From: Monocercomonoides exilis PA203
Taxonomy: Eukaryota; Protista; Preaxostyla
Length of the DNA stretch: 64,000 bases
Direction of reading: 5' to 3'
Assembly: GCA_001643675.2 (NCBI GenBank)
Contig: LSRY02000067.1
Location: 124,001-188,000 of the forward strand
Within the stretch, counting starts at the first letter, position 1. Each line of letters begins with the position of its first letter. The position numbers were made by a program, and so were the translations under genes. Shown here piece by piece: positions 33,980-46,473 of the stretch. Below the pieces are notes generated by a model. The model searched no databases and was not told the DNA's origin. It saw only the letters and a program-made list of their open reading frames with translations.

Positions 33980-36868
33980 TTAATCATGCAACCTCAAAGA
34001 TGTGTTCTTTGGATCAGAAATCTGATCGCTTCTTTCATATTCAGGCCTCACACACGCAGGATGGGGTGACTGAACCATTTCAGGTGCATCTTCTCCTTTG
34101 TCAGAACATGCTTTGCTTCCTTTTTTCACACCACTTCCATTCCCTTCCAACCCTGCCATCCTCTCCTTCCCATCCTCATCCTCATCCTCCTTTCCATTCT
34201 CCTTCTCTTGCTCTCTCTCCGCCTCCCTCCTTTGCCTCCTCGCCATCCTCTCCTTCTTTTCTCTCCGCGGAATAACACAGACACAGCAGCATATCAACAC
34301 CACCACTGCCACCAGTGCCACGGCCACCAGCGCTGCCATCAGAAACACCACAATGAACTCGCTGTTGAGCACCGTCAGCACTTCAATCAGCTCGTCTTGC
34401 ACAGCACTCTGCACCGTGTCTGTCACTCGCGGAGACTCCGAAAGCGACTTCGTGCCAGCAAACTGCTTCTTCTCCAGCTGCCCCGACCATCCAGTACCAA
34501 TCCCAACATCGTTGCCTCCAAAAGCACCCCCGCTGCAGTGCTGGAACTTCGACAGGACAACAAACACTTTTCCTTTGTTGGCGTTTCTGTGTGAATGTTT
34601 GTCTTGTTGCTGCGTGAATGAATGTTGCTCAGATTGCTCTGATGTTCCTTCATTGGAAGTAGAAAACAATGAATAGAAAGAAGATTTTGACTGTTCAGTC
34701 GCTCTTTTATCAGGAGGATTCTGCACTGTTCCTTTGATTTTACTACTTTTTGCACCAGAAGGAAACGGATCTCTGTTCATTTGATGTTCTCTGATAGCAT
34801 CTCGATCATCAGAAATAAAGTTATCCTTGAGATTTCCTTCTTCCTTTAATGCATCACACACCCTTTCCTCTTCTCCCTCCCAATTACTTCCCTCCATTTC
34901 CATATGGCTAGCAGGAACCACAACATCCTCAAACAATATTCCTCCGCCTGCTCCTTCCCCTGCCTCGCAATGGCTCCACTGGCACTCTCTGCACTCGAGC
35001 CCTGCCTCTTCCGGCACGTGGCCGATCCACAAGCCACCGCCTCCAATTTCTGCAGTGCATTTTGTGAAGGACACAAACGAGATAAAAGGCAGAATGGATC
35101 CACGGTGCGAGGTGAGGGCATACGGATCGATCGTCTTTTCGTAAGAAGATGGAGACGTTGGAAGACTGACGTCTGGATTTGCAGTGGTTCTGGTGAAGGG
35201 CTGGTGAAATGGATCATTGTGGAATGATGAATGAGCAGTGGATGATGAAGATGTGGATGAAAAGAAAAATGAAGAAGAAGAAGAAGAAGATGCCTTTGAG
35301 GATGATGTTGATGAAATGGGATGATGAATTCCTTTGTTCTTATCTTCTCCGCCTCCTTTCTCTGTGTCCATGTGAAAAGTGAGAAGCACATCCGATTCCA
35401 GCAGCAAGGAAGACACTGAAGGCAAAGAAGAGAGCAGCTGCATTTGTGCTACTGACTTTGGCTCCACCGACAGCACCGCCACACCACCACCACGAGCAGC
35501 AGAGCATCGCACAAACGATGTCATCAGCAGTTCCCCTGGCCCGTTGAACACACACCCGCCACCGGCTGCTGACGCACAGCAGTGGCGAAAAGTGCAGTTG
35601 GATGTGAACAGATACGGACAGTGGCGGACAAAGGACTCATCGAGATCAGGAAGCCGAATAGATGCCGCAGGATGAGTCTCGAAAGCTGATGGGTCGGATT
35701 CAGATTTGTGATTGAGATGAAAGCTTTTCTGGTTCTCTGAAAATAAATGCCTTCTCAATGAAGTCGAAGGTTTTGGTGCAGTATTAGAAGATGATGAAGA
35801 TGAAGAAGGAGAAGAAGAAGGAGATAAAGGAGAAGATAAATATGGTTGTTGAAATGAGTTCGAATAAGATCCCTGAGCTTTTGCAACAAACACTCCTCCA
35901 CCCATACCGCTTGGAGATTTCGTTGCCAGGCAGTTTACAAACTCTGATTCTGTCAACACAAGCACTCCGCTTCCAACAAAGCACAATGCACCTCCATTAT
36001 CATCACTCTCACAATTCAAAAATGAGCAATATGCGAACGATGCGTTTGTGTTTAGCGCCTGCCTTTTGTGGTATGTTGTTCCTGAGCGCTTGACGGTTAT
36101 ATTGGCTGAATGAAATGTTCCACATAGAAGGCCTCCAGTGACTCCTCCGCTCATTGCATCTTTAAAGCTATCGATTTCACTGTTGCACAAATAAGATGCC
36201 GACAAAGGATATGAAAGAAGCGTTTCAGATATTTTATGTGAGCGAGTTCCATTTGTAAAGGTGCATCCATCAAACAAAGTGCTAGTTGTTCTCGAACTGA
36301 ATAAACCAAGCTTCCAGTCATAGGAAATGTTGTGAAATGATGATGAAAAAATTGAAATTTTACCTGCATTACTGAGTTGATGAAGAAGCGAAGGAATTGC
36401 ATTTAAGCTTTGAAGTTCAATGCTAATTCGTGTCAACGTTAAATCGCCATGATTTAAATAAAATAGAGGACATAACTGTTTTGAAAAAATGAACGATACA
36501 TCTTCAACAAAAGCTTTTGATAGAGCATCTGATACGTTAAGAAATAGTATATTTGTACAAATAATTGCCAGCCCATGAGAAAAAAATGATGAATTGCACA
36601 AAGTTAAAATGTTGTCTGAGTTGCTGAAAGAAGTAAAAAGCATGGGAATTCCAGATATCCCTTTTATCTGTATGTTACAATCGCTCATAATCGCAGGATT
36701 TAGTATATATTTCTTGGAATCAAGCAGAATCTTTTTTGATAAATCTTTTTCTGTTCCAGCTGAAAAAGAAAAAGATTCGAATGTATCCAAAAATAAATTT
36801 TGAATTTGCATGTTCCTCTCGCAAAAGCAAATGCTACAAGTTTCAAAAATTATCAGAAAGAAAAGCAT
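33980..36868 (-). CDS. Type I membrane surface protein with Pmp/pectin-lyase-like beta-helix repeats (962 aa)
   Basis: N-terminal hydrophobic signal; FxxC...GGA/GGG repeats (FLNCESDDNGGALCF, FVNCLA..GMGGGVF); TM segment FIVVFLMAALVAVALVAVVVLICCCVCVI; charged cytosolic tail. Confidence 0.8.
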   Translation of the reverse strand: MLFFLIIFETCSICFCERNMQIQNLFLDTFESFSFSAGTEKDLSKKILLDSKKYILNPAIMSDCNIQIKGISGIPMLFTSFSNSDNILTLCNSSFFSHGLAIICTNILFLNVSDALSKAFVEDVSFIFSKQLCPLFYLNHGDLTLTRISIELQSLNAIPSLLHQLSNAGKISIFSSSFHNISYDWKLGLFSSRTTSTLFDGCTFTNGTRSHKISETLLSYPLSASYLCNSEIDSFKDAMSGGVTGGLLCGTFHSANITVKRSGTTYHKRQALNTNASFAYCSFLNCESDDNGGALCFVGSGVLVLTESEFVNCLATKSPSGMGGGVFVAKAQGSYSNSFQQPYLSSPLSPSSSPSSSSSSSNTAPKPSTSLRRHLFSENQKSFHLNHKSESDPSAFETHPAASIRLPDLDESFVRHCPYLFTSNCTFRHCCASAAGGGCVFNGPGELLMTSFVRCSAARGGGVAVLSVEPKSVAQMQLLSSLPSVSSLLLESDVLLTFHMDTEKGGGEDKNKGIHHPISSTSSSKASSSSSSSFFFSSTSSSSTAHSSFHNDPFHQPFTRTTANPDVSLPTSPSSYEKTIDPYALTSHRGSILPFISFVSFTKCTAEIGGGGLWIGHVPEEAGLECRECQWSHCEAGEGAGGGILFEDVVVPASHMEMEGSNWEGEEERVCDALKEEGNLKDNFISDDRDAIREHQMNRDPFPSGAKSSKIKGTVQNPPDKRATEQSKSSFYSLFSTSNEGTSEQSEQHSFTQQQDKHSHRNANKGKVFVVLSKFQHCSGGAFGGNDVGIGTGWSGQLEKKQFAGTKSLSESPRVTDTVQSAVQDELIEVLTVLNSEFIVVFLMAALVAVALVAVVVLICCCVCVIPRREKKERMARRQRREAEREQEKENGKEDEDEDGKERMAGLEGNGSGVKKGSKACSDKGEDAPEMVQSPHPACVRPEYERSDQISDPKNTSLRLHD

Positions 36869-37261
36869 TTTGCTAAAAATAAAAAAATAACAATTATATT
36901 TATAAATATGGGAAATGAAAATAAGTTATTTTCGATCCAAATGTTTTTTTCTTTAACTAAAAATAAATATCTAATAATAAAAAGGAAAATTGAATTATTA
37001 ATTTGAATTATGTTTAATTGAAATTCTTCAAAATTACTTTAATCACCTATTTTTCCATCATTTTCAAACTGAAAATGACATATGACAATGAAATTATTGA
37101 TTGTGATAAAAATAAAGGTCAAAATCGTTTTCTTTATAACTGCAAGAGGAATAATTCAAACAATTTTCCTCCAACTGAATTTCATCTTAACCAACTCATT
37201 TGATATTCCTGACTTTTAATTTCGTGATGATTTATTTATTTAAATTATGATAATTGAAATA

Positions 37262-37505
37262 CAGTTTGTGCAAAAAATACCGGACAAGATCGATATCTCA
37301 ATAACCGCAAGAAGAAAATTTCTGTTAAATTTCCTCAAAATATATCTCATCAATACAAACCCAATTGAAAAACGAGACTTTCATTACTCCCTCGTTTATC
37401 AATTGAGTTTGTATTGATGAGATATATTTTGAGGAAATTTAACAGAAATTTTCTTCTTGCGGTTATTGAGATATCGATCTTGTCCGGTATTTTTTGCACA
37501 AACTG
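37262..37505. mobile_element. Tc1/mariner-type MITE, near-perfect palindrome (244 bp)
   Basis: TA|CAGTTTGTGCAAAAAATACCGGAC...GTCCGGTATTTTTTGCACAAACTG|TA. Arms ~115 bp with 2 mismatches; 14-nt spacer at 37377-37390. Confidence 0.9.
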
Positions 37506-39099
37506 TATCTGAGAAATTCAAAAACCTATTTCTTAGAGATTTCGATGATAATATTTTATCACATTCAGTGGAAATGGAAATGAAAGACTTGTTTGTCAAA
37601 AAAGTTTGCATTGATATGAAAATTTTTGAAATAAATTATCAGAATTATTCCTCTTACATTTATTAAGAAAACGTTTTTATCAGGTGTTGTGTGGTATACC
37701 CTTTATTTTTTTTTTTAACATTCCATTCTGTTCCATTTCAATAATTTTCACTAAAATTGAAACTAAAGCAGCGCTGCATGCTTTAATATTTCTTTGTATT
37801 TTTTTGATAATTAACTGAATTATGATAAAAAGAAAATAAAAATATATAAAAAACAAAAAACAATTTCCATTTTGTGCCCATAATTATTCAAAAGTGACTT
37901 GGGTGATTGTTTTTAAAATCATCACTTTTTTCGGGATGTTTGTCATTATGAAAATTCATTGTCATTTGTTAAATAATATTCGTTCAAATCGAAAATGTTC
38001 ATCAATCGTTTCAAAAGTCATTGTTTAACTTGAAAAAATAGAAAAGGAATCATTAAACATATCTTTTTTTTTTTTTTTTATTTTTTTGGGTTCATTAACA
38101 AATACTCAAAACAAATATTCATGCCAAAATATTTGTCACAAAAATATGATTTCAAAAACAATCACCAAATTAGAAAAAAAAATATTTTTTTCGCTGTGCA
38201 AAAGGCTCCTGTCGTTTATTTTCTTTTTAAAGAGCGCATCAAAGTCTTTTAACCTATGTCTTATTAAAAATGTGATATTAAAAGTTACTAATAATATATA
38301 TGATAAATTCAAGAACTGATGCAAATTTATTCTTTCCAAACATTTGCTTCGTTTTTTTTTCTTTTTTCTTTTCTTTTTTCCTTTCTTTCTTCTTTTTCTT
38401 TTTTTCTTTGATATTTCCAAAATTTTCATTGTTCCTTTTTTCATTCTTTTGTTCGTTCTTTCAATTTTTTAAAAAATGATATTGCATGTCGAAAAATAAT
38501 TTGTTGTGATAATTGAATTTGTTCTTTCAAATACAATGAAAAAATAGATCAATTATTTTGTATGTTTTGCAAAAGGGAATTAAATATAGCACTTCTCCAA
38601 TGCTCAATTTTCAACCAATCACTAAGTTAATGCTCTTAAATCAATTAACAGACAAAAGAATGCCTTTGAATTAATTCCGATTTGATTGAAAGTTCTTCAT
38701 CATCACAAAAATTTTGGATAAAGTTCAGCTTTTGATGTATTTATTCAAAAAGAATAACATGGAATTAAAGTGTTTCAAAGAACATTTTTTTTAATGAAAA
38801 AAAAAATATCTTTATTTAATCAGATAAAAAACGTATTGCCAATAGTCAACAAGCATGAAGCAGTATACGAAAGTGCTCAAAAGAGCAAAACATATCTGTC
38901 AACAGTTCATTTATGCAAACATTAAAAAAATTAAAAATGAAAAAATCATTTAAGCACATAAAAAAACTGATTCAAGTGAACAAGAATATTACAGAAACAT
39001 AAAATGAAAACGAGTGGAATTTTGTAGCACCAGTATTCATTGAAAAGAATGATTTTGATTCAACTTTAGTTTCTTTTTCATTCATGCTCCTTTTTCAAA

Positions 39100-40273
39100 T
39101 CACTTTGAAGCAATTCCAGCACCCAGTTGAGGCAATCCTCTTTGCCCTTCCATCAGCTGAGATCTTTTTGAATCAGCAGCCACTCCATAAGCAGAAATAT
39201 GAGAGGGAGAAGGAGGTGTGAGATGAGATAACGAACCTTGCTTTGGATACGTCTCCAGCTCGTGCGTCATCCTTGGAGCAAAAGCAGATTGCTCATTTTC
39301 CCGAAGAGGAACCGTCTGAGGATCTGCTCCAAGCACTCCATCAAATACAGCAGTGTCAAACCCTCTTCTTCCCCTGAACTTTCGGAACAGAGCTTTTCCC
39401 ATTGCAATAAATGGTAAATAGATTCCAGCTGAAGAAAGGTAATTCTGATACTCGATATCGTTCCTGTACTTCTTTCTCATTGCCCATTCAGCCACAGGCA
39501 CTCCTGTTCCAAACAGCATCATAACAGTAAGAAATACTGGAGCGGCAACTGTTGCCCATTCCGCTCCTTGTAGAGTTGATGCACATAGAAGAAAGTTGCC
39601 CCAAACTTGATGGAGATTTCCAATATAGTTTGGATGACGCATGAACTTCCACAAGCCTTGATTGTAAATTCGAGCAGAGCTTCTTTGGTTGTGCTTAAAT
39701 CTAAACATCTGAATGTCAGATGTAGTTTCAACTATCGATCCTATAAACCACGTTACGGCTCCAGCAATGTCTAAAGTATTAAAGCGTGGCTGAACCTGAG
39801 GGCGGATCGAACACAGAACAATTGCAGGAGCGGTAAATGCATAGGCATACATTGCGACGCCCAACGAAAAAACAATCCTCCCGAATACGCTGCTTCGAAC
39901 TTTGTCTAATCTTCGATCAGCTTCATCATAAACCACACGAAAAGCTAAATGTGTTAACAATCTCATGGATGTTGCAAATGTATATGCAAAAATAAGAATC
40001 TTAAAACATAGTTGAATGCAGCCAATAGGCAGAAATAATGAAAGCAATAAAACAAGATTTTTAAAGTGAAACCTGTCTTAAGTTAAAGTGCATTGAAAAC
40101 ACAAAGACCACAGTTGAAGCAACCATAACAGCGATTGGTAGAGCTAACACAGTTTTGTCCATCTTCACAAAAAAACTCACAATAAGTCCGGCTAAAGCAA
40201 TTGTTGCAATTGCAATTGCTGAAATGGACAAATTGCTTTCTAAGAGGTTATTTCCAAGAAGCACAACTGCCAT
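39100..40273 (-). CDS. DUF1295 / steroid 5-alpha-reductase-like membrane protein (~366 aa), 2 exons
   Basis: Exons 40273-40073 and 39999-39100. Multiple TM segments; motifs ETTSDIQMFRFK, GLWKFMRHPNYIGN, GTGVPVAE. Confidence 0.85.
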
Positions 40274-40488
40274 TCAAATAAAAATAAAATGAATGTAATG
40301 TAAAAAAATCCTGCACATTTTTATCTCACTTTCACATTTCTTGCTTCATTATTAGTAGATCAATCATTACTGATCTTTTTCCCGCTATAAAATTAATAAT
40401 TTCCCAAAAATTTTGTAACATATTACAGGAATAACAATAAAATAATTATAATAATAAACAAAAGTGAAATGTAACGAATGAAAAACAT

Positions 40489-41828
40489 TCATTTAAGCGT
40501 TATGACTCTTTAGGTATTCGTTGATCCAAGGTCTAACATCATTTGCAGTTTTTTCTCCTCTGTATTTTGTAATATTGTTGTTGTGATAGCTTTAATTAAG
40601 AAAACGAAAAAAATATGGAAATAGAAAACCAAATTTGAAACGTCAATTAAAACAAGACGCATACATCCTAACTGAAGGAGCTCCAAAGATATTTTCATTT
40701 TTACAAATTTCTATTAATAAATGAACAATCATTTTATTTTTTTATTTTAAAAAAATGAATGAAATTCTATCATCAACAAATAGCACACTCATATTATCTG
40801 CACAATTGAACCTACCGAATTTGATCTTCATTTTTTGCATCTCCTCCGCAAGCACATTGAAATGCGGAAGCCATGCTTGGCAAAATTCGCAACTTGGCCG
40901 ATAGCTGAAATGAAAAAATAAACATTGAATGAAATCAAAATTAAAAAAAAATGTGTAAAAAAAGCAAAATCACACAAAGTTATTATCCAAGGCTCTGGTG
41001 ATGGTTTAACGTCTTCAAGTAGTTGTGGATCAAGTTCCTTGATGAGCGATTCCATTGAAAGATCCAGAGATAAGTTCACATCATTTTTTTCACTTTTTTG
41101 TAACGATGAAATGGATATATTTCCTTGCTCTAAGGATGCATTTTCAACAAATTTGCTTTTTGAAACAGTATCTTCAACCCATTTCGATAATTTTTCTGTT
41201 GTTCTATCTTCGGAAAATGTAGTTTTGTTGTTCTGATAGTATCTGCAAAATCATTAAAAAAAGGCATTCAAAAGAAGAGTACAATTGCAAAAATAAAGCA
41301 AAAAGCACTTGACATACAACTTCACATCAGGAACAGAAAAAATGCCTTGTGCTTTGCAAACGTCTGGATTCCGTTGGCAATCAACCTCACCAAACAAAAT
41401 TGTCTTATTATCTTTAAAATTAGATGCAAATGAATCGAACGTTGGATTAAATTCCTAATTTAAAAATTCAATCCATTGTTTATTTAATGAGGAAAAAAAA
41501 AATACCTTGCACCAGTGGCAATGAGGCAAATAACTAATTTCCAAACAATTTTAAAAAATTTTTAAAACAAAATATAACAGCATTCACACTAATATACGAC
41601 CCAAAAATAAGGAGAAGCTAAACATTCTTTTAAAGTTTCTGCTGTTAAAGGTGTTACAAATTCAGAATTACTTTTTCGTTGTGATAATTCTGAATACATG
41701 TCACATCCTTCAGAATCATCTTCAAACACTGATTGTTCGCATGACTCAGTATTTAAAGGACAGCTCATATCGCTCTGAGCTCGTACAATCGAGCACACAC
41801 AATGCGCAACGAAAAAAAGAAGACACAT
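40489..41828 (-). CDS. Protein disulfide isomerase-like protein with two thioredoxin domains, multi-exon
   Basis: Signal-like MCLLFFVAHCVCSIVRA. Spliced reading gives YLPHCHWCKEFNPTF...FGEVDC and YRPSCEFCQAWLPHF...FGRFNC. Stop at 40489-40491. Confidence 0.8.
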
Positions 41829-42149
41829 TATCTTGATCAAGTACCCATAAGAAATTCATTTGTTTAATTTTATTTTATAATTGAAACACAAGTTGGCATG
41901 CAAGCAACAACAACAATCATAAAAATTAATTTTGTTACACAGTGTTTTTCTTGTATATTGTTTTTCAAAACATGTTTCTCAAAGTGAGAATCAAAATAGT
42001 ACTTTTAAAAAAAATAATCTAAAAAATATTATTTGAAAATAATTTGTAATCATTCATAAGATATGTGAAAAAATACAGCTTAAAAATTATTCATCCGATT
42101 GAAAAACCAGAAATCACACTCAAAAAAATGAAAATGCTGACAGAGAAGC

Positions 42150-43450
42150 AAATATGACATATTCCGTACTCATCTCATAAAGTTTCAAAGAATTATAACA
42201 CAAATTAGCTCCAACAACAATCATGAGACTCACCTTCTCCAAAAGAACTTTCACGGAAAAATCATCGAGTACACATTAAACTATGGCATGTTAAGAATAC
42301 TGAACACAACACAATAATCAATATTGACTTTCAATACAAACAGAAAATACGAAGATACAATTTACGGCAAAAGGTATGAAACTGAATAAACCGGAAACAT
42401 CAAGCAACAGAACACCACATGATGATGATATACTTTTTTGATAGCAATTCATCTTGCCGACTTTTGCTATTTGCAGTTTCTTTCGTATTATCATTTCAAA
42501 CAAACTGCTTTCTCTTTCTTTCAAGCTCATGTCAAGCATTGTCAGGCTATGCAGCATGTAAAATAGATGGTAGAAGTTACGAATGTCATCGTTGAATGCA
42601 ATCCAAACAATAATAATCTCAAAACTTCTGAATCTTTTGAAAAAGGATGAAAAGGTTTCTCTCTTTTCATCACGTTCCTGTACATGATCAATCTCTATTC
42701 ATTCAAAGAACACCTTAAAAGAAAAATGAATGTAATAAAAAAGTCAAACCATCTTTTTCGTATTAAAATATTTTCCCATCTCCAATGCACTCGAAATTAT
42801 CAACTCGGCTGGCTGTTTTGTTCTTAGAATCCATTGTGAAACCAATCATGATATCAGATGAAAACAGATATCCTCCAAATTATCTCCTTTTCAAAAACTT
42901 ATTCAATGTTAAGTCTTTGTTGATAGCTTTCCATCACGTTTCGTGTAAAATGCAAAAGAAATTATTGATGAGGCCTGCTGAGTGCTTCGTTCTGTTCGCT
43001 TCCTCCATTTTCCAACCCCCAATTCCCTTTCATTTTCCACGAAACCCAACCTCCCAATAAAAAATCACGCAAAACAAATCCTGCTCAAATGATACGCCAA
43101 GTGCACTGCATTTCCCTGAAATGACATAGCGGTTCAATTCAATCTTTTTGAAATTCAACTCGCTTTTTCTGCATCTTGCTTGAGTTATTTTTCATTCAAA
43201 ATATCACAGCAGACGTTGCACTATATGTTTTGTAATATATAACCAAGTTCAAATCTCATATAATTTTACTCACCAATTCACTTTTCGCAAGCAATCGATG
43301 CAAACAGCCACCCGCTCCTCCATCTGTAGAGAAAATTATTGAGCTTCTGCAGTGCTATAACTTGCATGGATGTATCTGTAGCCGTTGGACTATGCAGCAC
43401 AAACATGCTCTGGATGCTGCAAATCATCAATCAAAAATCTTCACTTATAA
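42150..43450 (-). pseudogene. Decayed coding-like region divergent from family copy 2
   Basis: Broken ORFs; GCTGTTTGCATCGATTGCTT (AVCIDCL) resembles GCCGTTTGCATTGACTGCTT at ~20200. Confidence 0.35.
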
Positions 43451-43664
43451 AATTATATGTTGGACACCCTTATTTATTGTTCGATTAGGAGATCTGTTTT
43501 TCAAATTTTTGATATGCTTGTTTTGAGACAAAAGAAAACAAATGTCAGGAATAGAAGTATCGAGAGCTTAGTATTAGATAATTTGTACACCTATTTTAAT
43601 TGTTTTAATGTGAATATTTCACGAAAATTCTGAAAATGAATTTTTTCACAATTTCCGTTTTTTA

Positions 43665-45108
43665 TGATGAACAGCCGACCAACTGAAGCTTGTTTTTCTT
43701 AGTACGTCTAAAGTTTTTATGGTAGGTCATTTTTATTGTTGATTTAAATAATATTTTCATATATGAATTTTTCAAAAATTTAGAAATTCTCTTGCAATTA
43801 GAACAATGCAATTACGATGATGAGAAAAGAGAGAAAATAGAACAAATGAATGAATTGATGAAGGCAATGAATCGGGAAGAGCTAACTTCAATTTTTTGTA
43901 CAGAATTTTTTAATGAAATACTCAAAATGATTGGAGAAAAAAAAAAATCTACGGAAAATACCATTGTGTTATTGAAGCCATTTGGATATTACAAAGCGAT
44001 GAATGTCATATTCGATTCAAGTTTTGAAAGATCTTCGTTGGTTAAAAGCTTCGAGAAGATGATAATTTTAGAAGAAAAGAAGAAAGAAAGGAAAAATGAA
44101 AAGCTTCTGATTGAAATAAGCGAATGTTGTCTGATTCTATGCAATTTCTATGCCTTTAGCAAAGAATTGCTTGTTATCTTCACTTATTATCTTCTGAAAG
44201 TTGCGTTAAAGAAAGAGAAAAGTGAAGAAATTCAAAACGAAGTCGAAATGGCTTTGTTGGCTTTGAGTAACATGAGCGATTTTTGTGAATGAGAACCACC
44301 AACTCCATTTTTGATATCTTTGAATTTCATTATCATTTTTTATTAGTTATTTGAAAAAGAACTTTACCTCAATGAAATAAAAGAGATAATCAAAAACCAT
44401 CAGGACCATCACAATCTCACGAGGCTTGCCTATCAGTCTGCTTGGCAGTTTTTGATGAGCAGATTTTATAAACACGAATGTCTGGAAGAAGTGATTGTAA
44501 ATGATCTGCGTTTCACGAGAGAAGCTAAAAGAGAATTAGAAAAGCTGATGGGACAAGTGGATTGGAGGATAAAAGAAGAGGAACATAAAGATATAAAAGA
44601 AGAACTGATAATTATAAGATGGTTAAAAGCGCTTCGAACCTACTGTTGCAGGCACAATGTATACCGCGAAGAAGAAGATATCGAATTGGTTAAGCTGGTT
44701 GCGGAGTTGTGCAAAGCAGCTGAAAATTGCAAAATTATGATATTTGATAATTGCATTCAACTGCTTCATTCAATGATAAATACGGACGTTTATTCGAATA
44801 CTGTTTTGATGAAAAGTGGAACAATTGAAAAAATTTTGGAGGAAATGTGCGATCGAGCATTAAATGAAACTTCACTTAATAAATACTTTGTAATATTTTT
44901 CAAGTTTTGTGAAATATTGGATGAGAAGATTGATGAACAGAATAATAAAGCAAAATGGAAAAAGATGAAAAGAGAAGCATTTAGAAAGATGGAAGAAGAC
45001 GGGTATAAAGATGTTGTTGTTGGAGTTTATCAAGTTTTACGTTACAGAAACAAAAGTTCCTGGATAATGATATATTCTGTTTTTTCGGAGTTTTTTATTT
45101 ATTTGTAA
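43665..45108 (+). pseudogene. Expanded uncharacterised family, copy 2 (possibly damaged)
   Basis: Clear paralog of 17705-19111. The intron donor at the homologous position reads GAATGA (~44287) instead of GT, and the 5' exon frame is unclear. Confidence 0.6.
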
Positions 45109-45148
45109 ATCAAATGCTTTTTTTCAATTCAAGATTTTCACAATCATC

Positions 45149-45186
<38 letters not shown>

Positions 45187-45995
45187 CAGAGGGAGAGAGA
45201 GAGAGAGAAAGAATAACACATTATAATATTTTAAAATATGATTGAAAAATATTAAAACTTATTATGTATGATGAAAAAACACACACAAAATTTTCCCAAC
45301 AATTTCATTGAACAATAAAATGAGATTATTCACAATCTTGATAATAATTTTTGAGATTATTTCTGAGGATCACTGTTCATTTTTTTATATTGGAAATTAT
45401 TTTCAAATACCTTTTTTTCTGCAAAGATTTTTTTATTTTAAAATTTGTTTGGAACGCTTAAAAATGTGAACATAAAAGTGATGACGCAATTAACAGATAA
45501 CTTTGTCATGCGTTTACCTCTATCATTTACGTAGGGATCCAAAATAAAAATTTTTTCATTCACGATTATAATTTCTTGCAATATATATATATTTTCTTCA
45601 CCAAAAAAAGATAAGTCATTACGAAAATTATAAACCATTTAAAATAAACATTGGAAAAATACTTTTTCAACTGAATTATTTTCTTTTCACAAAACTCAGA
45701 AATCTTTAATCAAATATGATATTCATGACTGTTATGAAATATCTTTCAGTGTAATTTTGAAATAATTGATCAACCTGTATATCTGAAATTCACTTGAATT
45801 GAATGCTATAACTTTTGTGAAAGTCAGCGAATTTCACAATTGAAAATTCCAAAACATTCGTTTGTTGATAAAAATAGTTCAAAGGATTCACAAAACACTA
45901 AAGGAGGACAAAATCTAAAACTTTTTGCATTTCCATTAACAAATAATGCACAGTGTGTGTATTTTTTTTCTATTTAAAAAAATATCTGTTCATTT

Positions 45996-46473
45996 GGCTG
46001 ATCCTTTTTGAAATCATGCTTTCGTTCGAGTTTTTATCAAATTGGGCAAAATATTTCACTTCAGGCATCTTCATAAAAAAATTATGCGCTTTTTATTGAC
46101 TTTTTGAGATCAAAAAACACTATAAATATAGGTCCATTTTTTGACATACGCGAAATGTTGGAAAACTTTTTGTTTTGATTTCAACAATGCCTGTTCACGG
46201 ATCTGAAAATCAAATTTATTTTAAAATCTAAGAAAGCGAAACAAAGTTATGAGTGAAGCAATTTTTCAATGCCTTGTGCAAAAAAAGCTTGAAAGTCCAT
46301 ATTTTCCACCAATTATTTAATTTTAATGGGATTTTGAAAAATTAAACTTAAACTGATAACACACGTTGTTCATGATGTTATTATAATTAAAACATAATTA
46401 TCACAAAAATCTCATTGAAATTAAAATTTTGATCAAAACTCGAACGAAAGTGTGATTTTAACAAGGATCAGCC
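45996..46473. mobile_element. Putative old TIR element (~480 bp)
   Basis: GGCTGATCCTTTTTGAAATCATGCTTTCGTTCGAGTTTTTATCAAA versus right-end reverse complement GGCTGATCCTTGTTAAAATCACACTTTCGTTCGAGTTTTGATCAAA (41/46). No clear TSD. Confidence 0.65.
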
